Positions 19,718-30,185 of a stretch of DNA of 64,000 nt are shown here, piece by piece. Numbering within the stretch: position 1 is the first letter of the stretch; each line of letters opens with the position of its first letter. The notes under the pieces are model-generated. The model was given only the letters and a program-made list of their open reading frames with translations, searched no databases and was not told the origin of the DNA. The translations under genes and the position numbers were made by a program. Source of the stretch: an uncultured Verrucomicrobia subdivision 3 bacterium. GTDB taxonomy: Bacteria; Verrucomicrobiota; Verrucomicrobiia; Limisphaerales; UBA11358. The stretch spans positions 7,832 through 71,831 of the forward strand of contig CAISEZ010000045.1 of NCBI GenBank assembly GCA_903884535.1, read 5' to 3'.

Positions 19718-21862
19718 TCAGGGCGAACGGATCATGTAAAACTCCAACGGCTCGTTGGTCGGCGCTTGAGCGTCAATAAATTGATATTGTCCGGCCAGGA
19801 TTTCAGTCACCGGGCCGAGCACCTGCCAACTGGTTCGGGGCAGGGCCGGGTTGGTTGTCCCCAACATTTCAAAACTGGCTCCCGGCGTATTGGTGAACGT
19901 GCATTGAAAATTTCCGTTGGAGTTTATCAGCGAGGAATTAATCATCGGCGTTGTGATCGACGTCGTGCTGACCGTAAAATCACTGGTATTGGTGCCACCC
20001 ACACTATTGGTCACCAGCGCCTGAAAATGATAGGTCGTAGCTGGCAGCAAACCGCTGATCAGATTGGTCACCGCAACCGAATTGGTCCCAGCCTGAATCA
20101 CATTGGTGCCGGAAAAGTTGCCGTAGCCAGTGGATGTGCCGAAAGCATAATAACACTGGGCAATGGCCCCGCCGGGATTCACGGTCCCCACCAGCGCAAT
20201 GCTATTCGGAAGGCGGGTGCTGGAACCAGATTGCAGGGCATAGGTCGGTGGCGAATTGCTGCTAACCGGAGTGACCCATTCAGCCGCGCCGCGGTCTGGC
20301 TGACCGACGTTGGGCACCAGATTGCCGAAGAAATCCAAGCCGCCAGCATTGGTATTGCCAGTCATGGCCGTGGTAACCAACAAACCAGAATCAATGCATG
20401 GCGACCCGGCCTGGAGCAGGTAGCCGCCCAAGGTGCTCATGTTGGTGGTGCCGCCCACGCCGCCGCCGGTGCCGGGGGCAACCAGCAGCGGATTGCTGGT
20501 TAACTTATTGGCGTCGGATGGTTCACCAGAAACATGCTGACCATAAAACAAGTTGTAATTAAATGTTCGCGTATTGCCGCTGGTAAAGTTCCAACTGGCA
20601 GTGCTGCTCAAATTATAGAACACATTATTATAAACATAATAACTATGACCTGTGGCCCGGTCGTCAAAAAAGACCGGCGAAAGATTGGACGGTGTATAAA
20701 TGGTGTTGTTGTAAATGTAATCACTGGCGGTGGTGCCCCCGTCTCCGCTCAGTCCGAAGATGTCGCCTTGGTCATTCTGGCTAATGTTGTAACGGACGAC
20801 AATGTGCGTATCGTTACCAACCGCATTGCCGGCGGTGTCCGCCGAGGCGTATTGGACAAATAATCCCCAACTGTTGTCGTGGCTGTAACTGAATTGCCAG
20901 ACAGTCTGGGGACTCCGTAAATCTGCATCATAGAGGCTTCCATCATGCAGGCCGTCACCGTTGTTGTGATAACCCTCGTTATACTGGAAGACTGCACCGC
21001 GCGAACTATAGCTGCAGATTTGATTGCCGTCTGTAGTGTTAGCAGTGTCATGCATCAAATTGTGCTCGACTACGCATGATGCGTCCGCGTAGCGGATACT
21101 CATGGCGTTTTTGCAAATGTCGCTGATGACATTATTGCGGATATGCAAATTGGAACAGTAATGAGTATTCCAGGCGGACGTGCCGGGGTAATCGCTCGTG
21201 GAACTCCGGTTGGCACAGGCGACAATACCTTGATTCGTCACTGATAGGATTGTGCAGTTCTGAATGGTAATATCGTTGAAACGAGTTGCGGTGCCGGACT
21301 CGCTGGTGACCTCGACCACAATGCCGCCGGTGCGCTTGGCTACCAAGTCGCCATTGGAGGTGTCCACGCGGCCGCAAATATTATGAACAAAGCAATTGCT
21401 GACATAAAGGTGGTTTACCACGCCAAAGTTGGCCGCCGCCAGATGAATGCCGCGACGCTCGGTGGAGGTGCCGGAACCGGGATTAATCACTTCCAGATTG
21501 CTGATTTCCCAATACTGCTGATTATTAAGTAGCACTGCATCAGTCGCGCCATTGCCGTTGATGAGTGGCCGGGAGGAATTCGTTCCGTAGGAACTCAATT
21601 TGATGGGATTGCCACTCGTGCCCGATCCCAACGGGCTTAACGTGCCTGTCCAACTGCTGCCATTCTTCAGCAAGAGAAAATCTCCCGGGGCGAAGGTCGT
21701 CCCGTTAATCTTGGCCAGACTAGACCATGCCGCGTTGGATGACGTGCCGCTGTTGGCGTCATTGCCGGCCACGGAATCGACATAATAAGTCGACGCCATT
21801 GCCGGCAGCACGGTCATGGCGATGATCAACCGCGCAAACCAAGCAAACATATTGTTCACCAT
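19718..21862 (-). CDS. Secreted right-handed beta-helix (pectin-lyase-fold) protein with Fn3-like and C-terminal module
   Basis: TYYVDSVAGNDANSGTS..AW.SL, PGD.LLLK, QYNEGY.N, YSHDN, VRYNISQND, YNNTIY, LQAGSPCIDSG, DFFGN...PDRGAAE. Confidence 0.85.
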   Translation of the reverse strand: MVNNMFAWFARLIIAMTVLPAMASTYYVDSVAGNDANSGTSSNAAWSSLAKINGTTFAPGDFLLLKNGSSWTGTLSPLGSGTSGNPIKLSSYGTNSSRPLINGNGATDAVLLNNQQYWEISNLEVINPGSGTSTERRGIHLAAANFGVVNHLYVSNCFVHNICGRVDTSNGDLVAKRTGGIVVEVTSESGTATRFNDITIQNCTILSVTNQGIVACANRSSTSDYPGTSAWNTHYCSNLHIRNNVISDICKNAMSIRYADASCVVEHNLMHDTANTTDGNQICSYSSRGAVFQYNEGYHNNGDGLHDGSLYDADLRSPQTVWQFSYSHDNSWGLFVQYASADTAGNAVGNDTHIVVRYNISQNDQGDIFGLSGDGGTTASDYIYNNTIYTPSNLSPVFFDDRATGHSYYVYNNVFYNLSSTASWNFTSGNTRTFNYNLFYGQHVSGEPSDANKLTSNPLLVAPGTGGGVGGTTNMSTLGGYLLQAGSPCIDSGLLVTTAMTGNTNAGGLDFFGNLVPNVGQPDRGAAEWVTPVSSNSPPTYALQSGSSTRLPNSIALVGTVNPGGAIAQCYYAFGTSTGYGNFSGTNVIQAGTNSVAVTNLISGLLPATTYHFQALVTNSVGGTNTSDFTVSTTSITTPMINSSLINSNGNFQCTFTNTPGASFEMLGTTNPALPRTSWQVLGPVTEILAGQYQFIDAQAPTNEPLEFYMIRSP

Positions 21863-21901
21863 AGCATTGTTTCAAAGTGACCGGCGGATTTTTTTACAAA
21901 A

Positions 21902-21935
21902 TATCCGGGTGGCCAAGGACATGACCACCCGGATA
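21902..21935 (-). terminator. Stem-loop between the two large secreted-protein genes (terminator or processing hairpin)
   Basis: TATCCGGGTGG...CCACCCGGATA inverted repeat; on the minus strand followed by TTTTGT. Confidence 0.55.
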
Positions 21936-21957
21936 ATTCACCCAACCCAAAACTAGT

Positions 21958-24321
21958 TCAGAACGGAAAACTCACGCTCGGGGCAGTGCCGGTTTCTTTG
22001 ATCTGATAGAACTCGGTCTGACCGGTTTGGCCAGTGATTGCGGCGGAGTAATTGCCACCGCCAAGATCCGTGATGGTCACACCCGAAGCGACTTGCGAGT
22101 AGGTTCCGTTAACCAAGGCGGAACTCCAAACTTGCTGATTGGCCGACTGCCCGGCTCCGGCTGTGTCGGTATAGCTGATGGTGACCGTGTTTCCAGACTT
22201 GATGATACCAGTAATGGTTGGGAACGGTTTGTTGACAACTTTCACCGCTGCGCTCTGAATGAGAATGTTGCCCATGCCAGCATTCTGTCGCAAGACCAGA
22301 TAATTGACATTTGCAAGATTGGTCACAGCCACGTCTTGAAGTGTAACTCTCGTGCCAGTGGAGCTACTTTGGTTAATCCAAAGTGTGCTGACGCCAGAAT
22401 CAACATCATAGCTTACAACGATATTGTCAGGCGTTGAGTTGGGGATCACTCCGCTCGTATTGTAGTTGGGTATCGTCTCCGAGTATGAGGTGTTGATGCT
22501 AGGACTATTCGTGCCGTTATACAAGGCCAGATAGAATAGTCCGTCGTTGGTGGTCGTGTTGGCAGCGTTGGTGATTGTGCATACTTGAGCCATCGCCACG
22601 CCGGTTGAGGAACCATCCGCTGCAAACTCCACAAATCCACCGGTGGAATTGCCAGGATATGCGGCGTTCGCTCCATACAGTGATACGTCAGCCCACGTGG
22701 CAAGGACACTGGCATAAAGCACTTTATGACTACCAGCGGTATAGGGCGCGCCGGCGAGTCGCATCTGATTTTGGTTGCCGCTCGCCGTGCCGCGGATCAA
22801 TGGAACACCGACCGGAACGACTCCGCCACTGGAAGGTGTCAGCGTTGTGATCAAATTCACCGATCCGCTCACAGTGCGTGAAGCCCAAATTCCGCCGGAA
22901 ACGTTCACCAAGTCAGAATGCCCGCTGCTCGAGGAATATGAAGTAGAAGGTTGGTAATGCATCATATCGCATAGCGCATAACTACTGTCAGGCAAAACCA
23001 TCACGGCCAGTTTCAATGTGTTTGTGAGAGCGTTGGCAGGATCGATTACATTCAAGGTGACGATGCCAACTCCGCTACCTATCGCGTTAATGGTGATGGT
23101 GCAATTATTCGTGTTGGGCGCGATGCCGGTGGTTGAAGTGAAGGAAAGACTGCTTAAATTTGTGGTCAGTGGATTGCCATTTCCATCCAAGGCCACCACC
23201 GCGCCGGTGACCACCAAGCTTGATGCCGCAACATTTGTGTCAACGATTTGGAATGGAATCGTGATGGCACCAGCCCCGATCCGGTTAGTAGGCGGAATAT
23301 AGTTGACATTGGTTCCGCTGAGAACATACGGCAATGAGATGAATGGTGGGACTGTCAGTTGGAACGATGATGACGCACTATTTCCCGAGCTATCAGTGAC
23401 GCTCACTGTGACGGTGACCGAAGCCGTGGTTCCTGGCGCAAGATTATTAAGCGGTGTAAATGAAAGTGTGCGAGTGCCACCCGAGCCGGCAACAATGTTG
23501 GAGGTAGTCAGGGTGACATTGGTATTTCCCAACGAGATTGTGATATTGGTCAATGTGGCGGCCGGATCCAGTGGATCGCCCACCGTGAACGGAATTAATC
23601 CGGAACTCACGGTCGATTTCACGGTCAGGTTGCCAAACGCTGTAATTGTCGGCGGCAACGTTCCTGGTGTCAACGGTTGAAAGGTCGCGGCAGGCGGTGT
23701 GACGGTGCTGGCCATAGCAAATCGGGCTCCGTTGGCCGTGGTTCCCGTTGAAACGTCATTGGTGGCGGTCAAAACCAATACCACTTGATTATTGATGAGA
23801 TATTGTCCCCACGGTGGAGGCACTGTGACTCCCGAGCTACCGGTGCCGCCGTTGTCAATGAAGTCGGTCACCAAACTAGCCGTGTTGGGGCCCGTGGTTA
23901 GCAGATCGTTGGCCGTAGAAACCGTGTTGTTGGCTTGCGCGGAGGACCAGATCAGGCTTGGATTATTGGTCGTGAAACTAGGATAGGCCTGGTTCAAGGC
24001 CCAAACCAGCACATGGGTGTAGCCATTGTTGGCGTTTGCCGATGGCAGGCTGATCTTCAAGCCGTAATTGGTGTTGGGATTCTGGCCGGTGAAATCAAAC
24101 TTGAAATAACTTTTGCACGGTGTGGTTGCGCTGTATTTGACTTTGTCATAACCCGATACATAATTGGTAAATCCGGTGCCAGCGGTGGCTGAATATTGGA
24201 TGGTCGAGTCCGTGATTGCATTGGTGACGACGGTGGCATTTTGAGCAGATGCTGCCACGGTGCCGGCAGCCAAGGCTAGACCTGTGAATGAAACGACCCG
24301 GCGGAATAGTGTGATTTTCAT
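21958..24321 (-). CDS. Large secreted Thr/Ser/Asn-rich modular protein of unknown function
   Basis: Signal peptide ending ASA-Q; N-terminal YFKFDF/WALNQ domain, cadherin/Ig-like middle, beta-sandwich domain, C-terminal EFYQI module. Confidence 0.85.
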   Translation of the reverse strand: MKITLFRRVVSFTGLALAAGTVAASAQNATVVTNAITDSTIQYSATAGTGFTNYVSGYDKVKYSATTPCKSYFKFDFTGQNPNTNYGLKISLPSANANNGYTHVLVWALNQAYPSFTTNNPSLIWSSAQANNTVSTANDLLTTGPNTASLVTDFIDNGGTGSSGVTVPPPWGQYLINNQVVLVLTATNDVSTGTTANGARFAMASTVTPPAATFQPLTPGTLPPTITAFGNLTVKSTVSSGLIPFTVGDPLDPAATLTNITISLGNTNVTLTTSNIVAGSGGTRTLSFTPLNNLAPGTTASVTVTVSVTDSSGNSASSSFQLTVPPFISLPYVLSGTNVNYIPPTNRIGAGAITIPFQIVDTNVAASSLVVTGAVVALDGNGNPLTTNLSSLSFTSTTGIAPNTNNCTITINAIGSGVGIVTLNVIDPANALTNTLKLAVMVLPDSSYALCDMMHYQPSTSYSSSSGHSDLVNVSGGIWASRTVSGSVNLITTLTPSSGGVVPVGVPLIRGTASGNQNQMRLAGAPYTAGSHKVLYASVLATWADVSLYGANAAYPGNSTGGFVEFAADGSSTGVAMAQVCTITNAANTTTNDGLFYLALYNGTNSPSINTSYSETIPNYNTSGVIPNSTPDNIVVSYDVDSGVSTLWINQSSSTGTRVTLQDVAVTNLANVNYLVLRQNAGMGNILIQSAAVKVVNKPFPTITGIIKSGNTVTISYTDTAGAGQSANQQVWSSALVNGTYSQVASGVTITDLGGGNYSAAITGQTGQTEFYQIKETGTAPSVSFPF

Positions 24322-24354
24322 TTTGATTGGATGTTTTGAATTCAGTTCTGGCGA

Positions 24355-25134
24355 TTAGAATTGTTTGTTGGTCGGGACACTTTTCGCCCCCGCGTGACCA
24401 TCGAAATAGATGTGGTTTCGCAAGGTTCCATGGATGGGTTTGGGCGGCGTATTGGCCGACCAGGATGGTGTCTTGGTCGGATTGGAAGTGAACCCCTGTT
24501 GATCCAGATCCACCATAGCCCAGATTTCTGTCAGCGGCCCGACCGCACTGATGGCGTTCAATTTCAATGACGGTGCCGTGGAGGATGAGCCAATGTAAGA
24601 ACCGAATGGATTTTTCATCAATTGAGTGGCATTGGTCTCGGCAAACTCCCAATTATACATGCCATAATACTGGCGGTGCCAGATTTCGGTGGTCACCCCG
24701 GCAACCGCGGGTGGAGTGTAGCCGGAAACCGCGCCCGGACAGGTCATCACATTGATGATGTTGGTTTGGAGCGAAGGGGCAGGAAGTTGCAGGTAACTGT
24801 AGATATAATTCGGCAAGACACCACCAAGGTCGGTCAAAAATGTGCCATACCCGCCATACTGACCGAACAGCAATCCCCAATTCGGATTGCCCGGCGGCAA
24901 CCGGTCGCTGTTATCGTTGTTATACATTTGCAGAGCCAGTCCGTTTTGTTTGAAATTGCTCAGGCAGGAAATCTGTTGCGCTTTTTGTTTTGCCTTGGCC
25001 AGTGCCGGCAGCAGCATGGCGGCCAGAATGGCGATGATGGCGATCACCACCAGAAGTTCAATCAGGGTGAAGGCGTTGCGCGGGCGCGAGCAAAGGGGAT
25101 TGTCACTGGTTGAAATGAGAGATCGTGAATTCAT
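24355..25134 (-). CDS. Prepilin-type N-terminal cleavage/methylation protein with H-X9-DG C-terminal motif (DUF1559-like)
   Basis: [29 protein letters not shown]...CLSNFKQ; C-terminal [13 protein letters not shown]. Confidence 0.95.
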   Translation of the reverse strand: MNSRSLISTSDNPLCSRPRNAFTLIELLVVIAIIAILAAMLLPALAKAKQKAQQISCLSNFKQNGLALQMYNNDNSDRLPPGNPNWGLLFGQYGGYGTFLTDLGGVLPNYIYSYLQLPAPSLQTNIINVMTCPGAVSGYTPPAVAGVTTEIWHRQYYGMYNWEFAETNATQLMKNPFGSYIGSSSTAPSLKLNAISAVGPLTEIWAMVDLDQQGFTSNPTKTPSWSANTPPKPIHGTLRNHIYFDGHAGAKSVPTNKQF

Positions 25135-25167
25135 GTTTAAAATCTCGCATAAACTTGGGTGTCTATC

Positions 25168-25187
25168 TACAGAACATTTGTTCTGTA
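25168..25187. promoter_or_regulatory. Palindromic operator candidate TACAGAAC-ATTT-GTTCTGTA
   Basis: 8-bp perfect inverted repeat between the response regulator stop and the pilin-like gene start (core 35 nt upstream of ATG). Confidence 0.7.
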
Positions 25188-25208
25188 TGCCTCTTGACGG
25201 TGGCAGGC

Positions 25209-25847
25209 CTATTTCCGGCCGAGGAATTTGATGATCGCCTCGGAACGGGACTGAACATGCAACTTTTCATAAACCAGATGCACATGGCCACGCACGGTGT
25301 GCAGGCTGATGTGTAATTGATCGGCGATTTCCTTGTAAAGAAATCCCTTGGCAAGCAGCGAAAGAATTTCGAGTTCGCGCGGCGTCAACAGCTCGAATTC
25401 CGCCTCCGGTTTTTTGATTTCCTGAAAATGGCTGACGACTTTCCGGGCAATCTGCATGGACATCGGCGAGCCGCCGGCTTGAACCTGTTCCACCGCCTGA
25501 ATGATCTCGTCCGGATCGGTGTTCTTCATCAGGTAGCCGCTCGCGCCAGCCCGCAGGGATTCAAAAATGAGATCGCTGTTCTCGTAGGCCGTGAGCATGA
25601 GAATCTGGGTCTTGGGCAGGAGCGGCTTTAATTGCGCCGCACATTGCACGCCGCTGATGCCCGGCAGATTGATGTCCATCAGCACCACGTCCGGGGCGGT
25701 GGCGGGCAGGTCGCGCACCGCCTCTTCGCCGTTGGCAAAGGCGCCCACGCATTTTAAGCCCGGGCTGCGCTTTACCAGCTCCACGAGGTTTTCCCGCGTC
25801 CCGCGGACATCTTCAACTATGGCAATGGTAATGGCTGTTTTTTTCAT
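25209..25847 (-). CDS. NarL/LuxR-family response regulator
   Basis: Receiver ([20 protein letters not shown]) plus [12 protein letters not shown]...[14 protein letters not shown]...YEKLHV. Confidence 0.95.
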   Translation of the reverse strand: MKKTAITIAIVEDVRGTRENLVELVKRSPGLKCVGAFANGEEAVRDLPATAPDVVLMDINLPGISGVQCAAQLKPLLPKTQILMLTAYENSDLIFESLRAGASGYLMKNTDPDEIIQAVEQVQAGGSPMSMQIARKVVSHFQEIKKPEAEFELLTPRELEILSLLAKGFLYKEIADQLHISLHTVRGHVHLVYEKLHVQSRSEAIIKFLGRK

Positions 25848-25888
25848 GGAGCAATGGGAACTGGACGAGTCTTAGCAGAATGGCTGCA

Positions 25889-28864
25889 TCAGGGCAATTT
25901 AAGTTCCACGCGAACGGTGGTTCCGGTTCCCGGCAAGCTCTCGATGGTGCACCGACCGCCGAGATCGGCCACGCGCTGCTGCATGTTCCGTAATCCATCC
26001 GCATGGCTGTTGGGTGTGGTGGACGAAAACCCCCGGCCATTATCAATCAATGCCAGGCGCAATAGATTTTCGTCCAGCCGGGCGACCATGGATATTTCCG
26101 TCGCGCCGGAATGTTTCACCGCGTTAGTCAATGCTTCCTTGATCACCATAAACAATCCGTGCCGGATATCGGCGGGCAATTCGCGGGCGGAAATTTTCTC
26201 CGGATAATCAATCCGGCAGCGGATGCCGGCCGGATTCAAAAAGTCCACGGCATATTGTCCGGCGTAATCCAGCAACTGGCTCAAGGTGTCATTGCGCGGG
26301 GTTACTGCCCAGACGATTTCATCCACGGACTTCACGCCCTCGCGGGCCAAACTGGTCATTTTTTCCACGTGCGCGATCGCTTTGGCCGGCTCGGCCAAGT
26401 CATGCTGGGTTAATTTTCCGAGCAGCGAAATCTGCGTGAGGCTGGCGCCCAACTCATCGTGCAGATCCTTGGCGATGCGTGCCCGTTCCTTCTGCATGAA
26501 CGTTTCCTGCTCCAGTTTTTTCAGGCGTGCCCGGAATCGGCGGTAGGCGATGTATCGCACGGTGATGGTCACCAAGGTGAGGAGCAGCAACAATCCGGAC
26601 AACCGGAACCAAACCGTCTGCCAAATAAACGGATTGACCGTGAAAGCTAGCGTTGCCCCGGTTTCATTCCACATGCCCGCACTGTTGCAGGCGATCACTT
26701 GGAAAACATAATCTCCGGCCGGCAGCCGCGTGAAGTTGGCGCTGCGCTGCGCTCGCGGCACGTTGACCCAGTTGTCGTCCCACCCTATCAACCGATATCG
26801 GAAGGCAATGTTTTCCGGCGCGATGAAACTCAACGCGGTGAATTCGATCTCAATTTTCCGGTGACCGGGCGGCAGGATCGCCCCGGCGCCATGCCGTAAC
26901 CCGATCGGTTGGCTATCCACCAATATCCGTTCGATGGTCACCGGTGGCACGAGATGGTTGGGGGTGAATTGGTTGGGATTGATCACCACGAGCCCCGACC
27001 GGGTGGGAAACCAGATGCGGCCGTCGGTGCTACGCGTGTTGCCCGGCGCAAAGCCATAGTTGCCTTGCAGGTTGGGCAGGGATTCATCGCGACCGTAAAG
27101 CACGGAACGCACGTTTTCTAATTTACCATCAAGCGCGTCTGCCAACTCTTGTTGGCGAACCTGAAAAATGCCGTGGTCGGAACTGAACCAAAAACCGCCA
27201 CCGTCGTCGGTGGTCATGGCGCAAATGTAGGCGTCGTGCAGGCCGCGACTGGTGCTCAGGCTGGAAAATTTCCCATTGTGAATCCGGCCGACGCCCGCGC
27301 CGGCATAGCCAATCCATAAATCCCCTTTCGGATCGGTGTAAAGACAGCGGATAGGTTTGGCGCGGAACAAGGTTCCTGGCGTCGCGTCAACCAATTGTCC
27401 GTGGTCCACCCGGAGCAAAAAACCATCCACCGTTCCCAGCCAGATGGTTCCGGCTTTGTCCTGGGCGATGGCGCGCACCGTGCGCGTGCCGGTGGGCGGA
27501 GTTAGCGTTTGAAAATGACCGTCGTGATAGCATTGAACCAGGCTGGGCGATTCCATGGCGATCCATAAATTCCCCTCCCGATCGTTCAGCAAGCCGCGGA
27601 TATTGCCGCTGCCCAACCCGTCACCGCTGCCCAGCACGGTGACTTGGCCGTCCCGCCAATGCCGCAAACCGCCACGCGCGGTGCCCACCCAGATGCCATC
27701 CGCGCCATCGCTGGTCACGCACGTCGCCCGCGTCCCCGCCCAACCGCTTTCGCCGGAAACATTCCGCCAACTGCCGTTATCGCGCCGCGCCAGTTCACCG
27801 TTTTGCGCCGCTGCCCACAAGGTGCCGCTGGCGTCCTCGCACATCGATCGCACACTGGAAAACGGCAAGCCGCTTTCGGTGCTCTGCAATTCCATGATGC
27901 GCCGGCTTAACCGATTTAGACCGCCCCCGCCGGTGCCCGCCCAGAGATTGCCTTCCCGATCCTCCGTAATGTTTAGCGTATCCGGATAAGATGTCGGCAC
28001 GCTGGAAACATTGGTGCCAACGATGCGAAATAATCCGCCCACCAAGGTGCCCAGCCAAACGGTTCCCGAGTGATCCTCATAAATCGCCGACGGGGCAATG
28101 CCTGACAGAGTGGAGTTGATCGTCGCCACCGTTTCGGGAGCTTTGCCTTCCTCCACTTTCAGCAGTTGGGTGCCGACGTTGACCCAGATGCCTCCGGACC
28201 GCGCCGGAGCCAGCCGCACCGTGCCGTTCGGCAGATCGGCGACATAACTAAAATCATAATTCCGAAACAGACTCAACTGCCCCGCCTTCGCCAGCCAAAT
28301 CTGGCCTTGGTTATCACTGGTCAGCACGCACGGGCCAATTCCAGAAAGACCGGACCGCGCCGTGAACTTGGTGACTTTCCCGGAATCAATCCGGCAGGCG
28401 GATCCATCCGCATAACCGATCCAAACTGCGCCGTCACGCGCTTGGGCCAGGGCGAGCGGGCGGAAATTGGGCAACCCATTGGCGGTGGTGAAAACATTCG
28501 TGCGGCTCGCGGTCAGTGACATAACCGTGCCGCCCTCCAGCGCCAACCACAGTTCGTCGTTGCGGCCTAGCATCATCAAGCGGATGAGCGGCCGCGTGCG
28601 TTGCGACGGGGTTGGTAACTCAATTTCCCGAAACCGGACGCCATCAAACAGGGCTAACCCACCCTGCGTCGCCACCCAGAGATAGCCTTCGGCATTCTGG
28701 GCGATACTGGTTACGTCATTGTCCGGCAGGCCGTCGTCGGTTTGCCAGGAACGCACAAACCAGGGCGACGAATCGGCCGCCGGAATCATGCCGGGAAGGA
28801 ACAGTGCAAGAACCAGATTCCAACGCACGACCAGAAGCCAGAGGGCGGTGTGGCGGGAAATCAT
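25889..28864 (-). CDS. Sensor histidine kinase with periplasmic beta-propeller and Y_Y_Y domain, HisKA_3-type
   Basis: WQTDDGLP..V..IAQ..EGYLW.AT..GL..FDG, repeated D..G.LW.GT blades, FRYRL.GWD...LPAGDYVFQV, TM, ERARIAKDLHDELGA, DNGRGF, GL.NM..R. Confidence 0.95.
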   Translation of the reverse strand: MISRHTALWLLVVRWNLVLALFLPGMIPAADSSPWFVRSWQTDDGLPDNDVTSIAQNAEGYLWVATQGGLALFDGVRFREIELPTPSQRTRPLIRLMMLGRNDELWLALEGGTVMSLTASRTNVFTTANGLPNFRPLALAQARDGAVWIGYADGSACRIDSGKVTKFTARSGLSGIGPCVLTSDNQGQIWLAKAGQLSLFRNYDFSYVADLPNGTVRLAPARSGGIWVNVGTQLLKVEEGKAPETVATINSTLSGIAPSAIYEDHSGTVWLGTLVGGLFRIVGTNVSSVPTSYPDTLNITEDREGNLWAGTGGGGLNRLSRRIMELQSTESGLPFSSVRSMCEDASGTLWAAAQNGELARRDNGSWRNVSGESGWAGTRATCVTSDGADGIWVGTARGGLRHWRDGQVTVLGSGDGLGSGNIRGLLNDREGNLWIAMESPSLVQCYHDGHFQTLTPPTGTRTVRAIAQDKAGTIWLGTVDGFLLRVDHGQLVDATPGTLFRAKPIRCLYTDPKGDLWIGYAGAGVGRIHNGKFSSLSTSRGLHDAYICAMTTDDGGGFWFSSDHGIFQVRQQELADALDGKLENVRSVLYGRDESLPNLQGNYGFAPGNTRSTDGRIWFPTRSGLVVINPNQFTPNHLVPPVTIERILVDSQPIGLRHGAGAILPPGHRKIEIEFTALSFIAPENIAFRYRLIGWDDNWVNVPRAQRSANFTRLPAGDYVFQVIACNSAGMWNETGATLAFTVNPFIWQTVWFRLSGLLLLLTLVTITVRYIAYRRFRARLKKLEQETFMQKERARIAKDLHDELGASLTQISLLGKLTQHDLAEPAKAIAHVEKMTSLAREGVKSVDEIVWAVTPRNDTLSQLLDYAGQYAVDFLNPAGIRCRIDYPEKISARELPADIRHGLFMVIKEALTNAVKHSGATEISMVARLDENLLRLALIDNGRGFSSTTPNSHADGLRNMQQRVADLGGRCTIESLPGTGTTVRVELKLP

Positions 28865-30185
28865 GGCGTGAAATTATACCGTCAAATAAATGATTCAAGT
28901 TTTGTTTTGCCACTCTGCACGGAACATTTGTTGGGGTAAGAAATAATGATCTGAGCGTGGTTTTGCTTAAAAATTGTCGGTCGACAGGGGAGCGCGGCCA
29001 GGTTGTGAAGGCGCTTACGAAATTGGTTGGCATAACAGTTGCTAGACGTCGAAAGGGCCATAAATTTGTCCGGGCTGGGTCAGATTCGCTCATCAAACCT
29101 CGTGTTAACAGATGAATGTCAGGCAGGCGGCGACACTGTAAAAACAGGATTATTTGACTGCAGTCGTCCACTCAGCTTGAAATTTTAGCCGTCATGAATT
29201 ATTAGTTTTAGAATTTTTAAATATGAGATTTTCAGTAGCAAAACGGGACAGCGACTCCGGTGGTTGCCAGTTTTCGCAAATCTGCTGGCTGCTGACGTGG
29301 TTTTGCTTCGGCGTGCTAGTCAATCAGCCGATTCAGGCTGCGCCCTTGATGGAAGAAGGGTTTAATTATCCCCTTGGCAGTGGTCTGGCGACGAATGCCC
29401 CGTGGTCCGGCAGCAACGGTTTATCGGTGGGCGTGGTGAGCGGCAATCTGACCGTCACCAATTTGCGTGGCACGGTGCCGACCGGAAATATGTTGCAGAT
29501 CAGCGGGGGCACCAACCGCACAGTCTATCGGAATTTCAGCAACACAGCGGTAACTGGCGGCGCGGTCTATTGCTCGGCGCTGATCCGCTGTCTGCAGCCA
29601 CCCACCAATTCCCAATTCATCGCGAGTTTGTTGCCGGCGGGAGGAAAATCTCACAGTTCTGGCTCCGACCCGATTGCGTTGAGTGTCAATCCTGCCGGGA
29701 ATGGCTTCACCTATAGCCTGACCAGCGTAGGCGGCGATTCAACGAGCGGTGGTGGGACGATGGCGACAAACACCACGCATCTTATCGTCCTGAAATATGC
29801 CTTTGTTTCCCGAGGTGTGGCCACCCTGTATGTGGATCCGACACCCGGTGGAGCGGAGCCGGCCTCTCCAGCAATTACTGCTGACACTGGCGATAATGTC
29901 GCTGCCAACCTGCAAGTTCTGTTACTTCAATCCGCCGCCAGCACCGCTCAAGGGACTTTTAACCTGGACTCTATTCGCGTGGGCACCAACTGGGCTGACG
30001 TGACTCCGATGACTATTCCCTTGTCCGTGACCGGACCGCAGAATCAGGCAGTGTGTTTTGGCAGCAGCGCCAGCTTCAGTGTTCAGGCTGCCGGCACGCC
30101 ACCGTTCAGCTATCTCTGGCGCACTAACGGCATTGGCGTGGTCAAAGCCACCAACAGCGTCTTCACACTGAATAATCCCAGCGGC

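Noticed and set aside
18630-25187. SOS/LexA boxes
   Set aside because: The core resembles the Gram-positive box, but the targets are carbohydrate genes and I saw no such box before rarA; kept as an operator of the local regulator instead.
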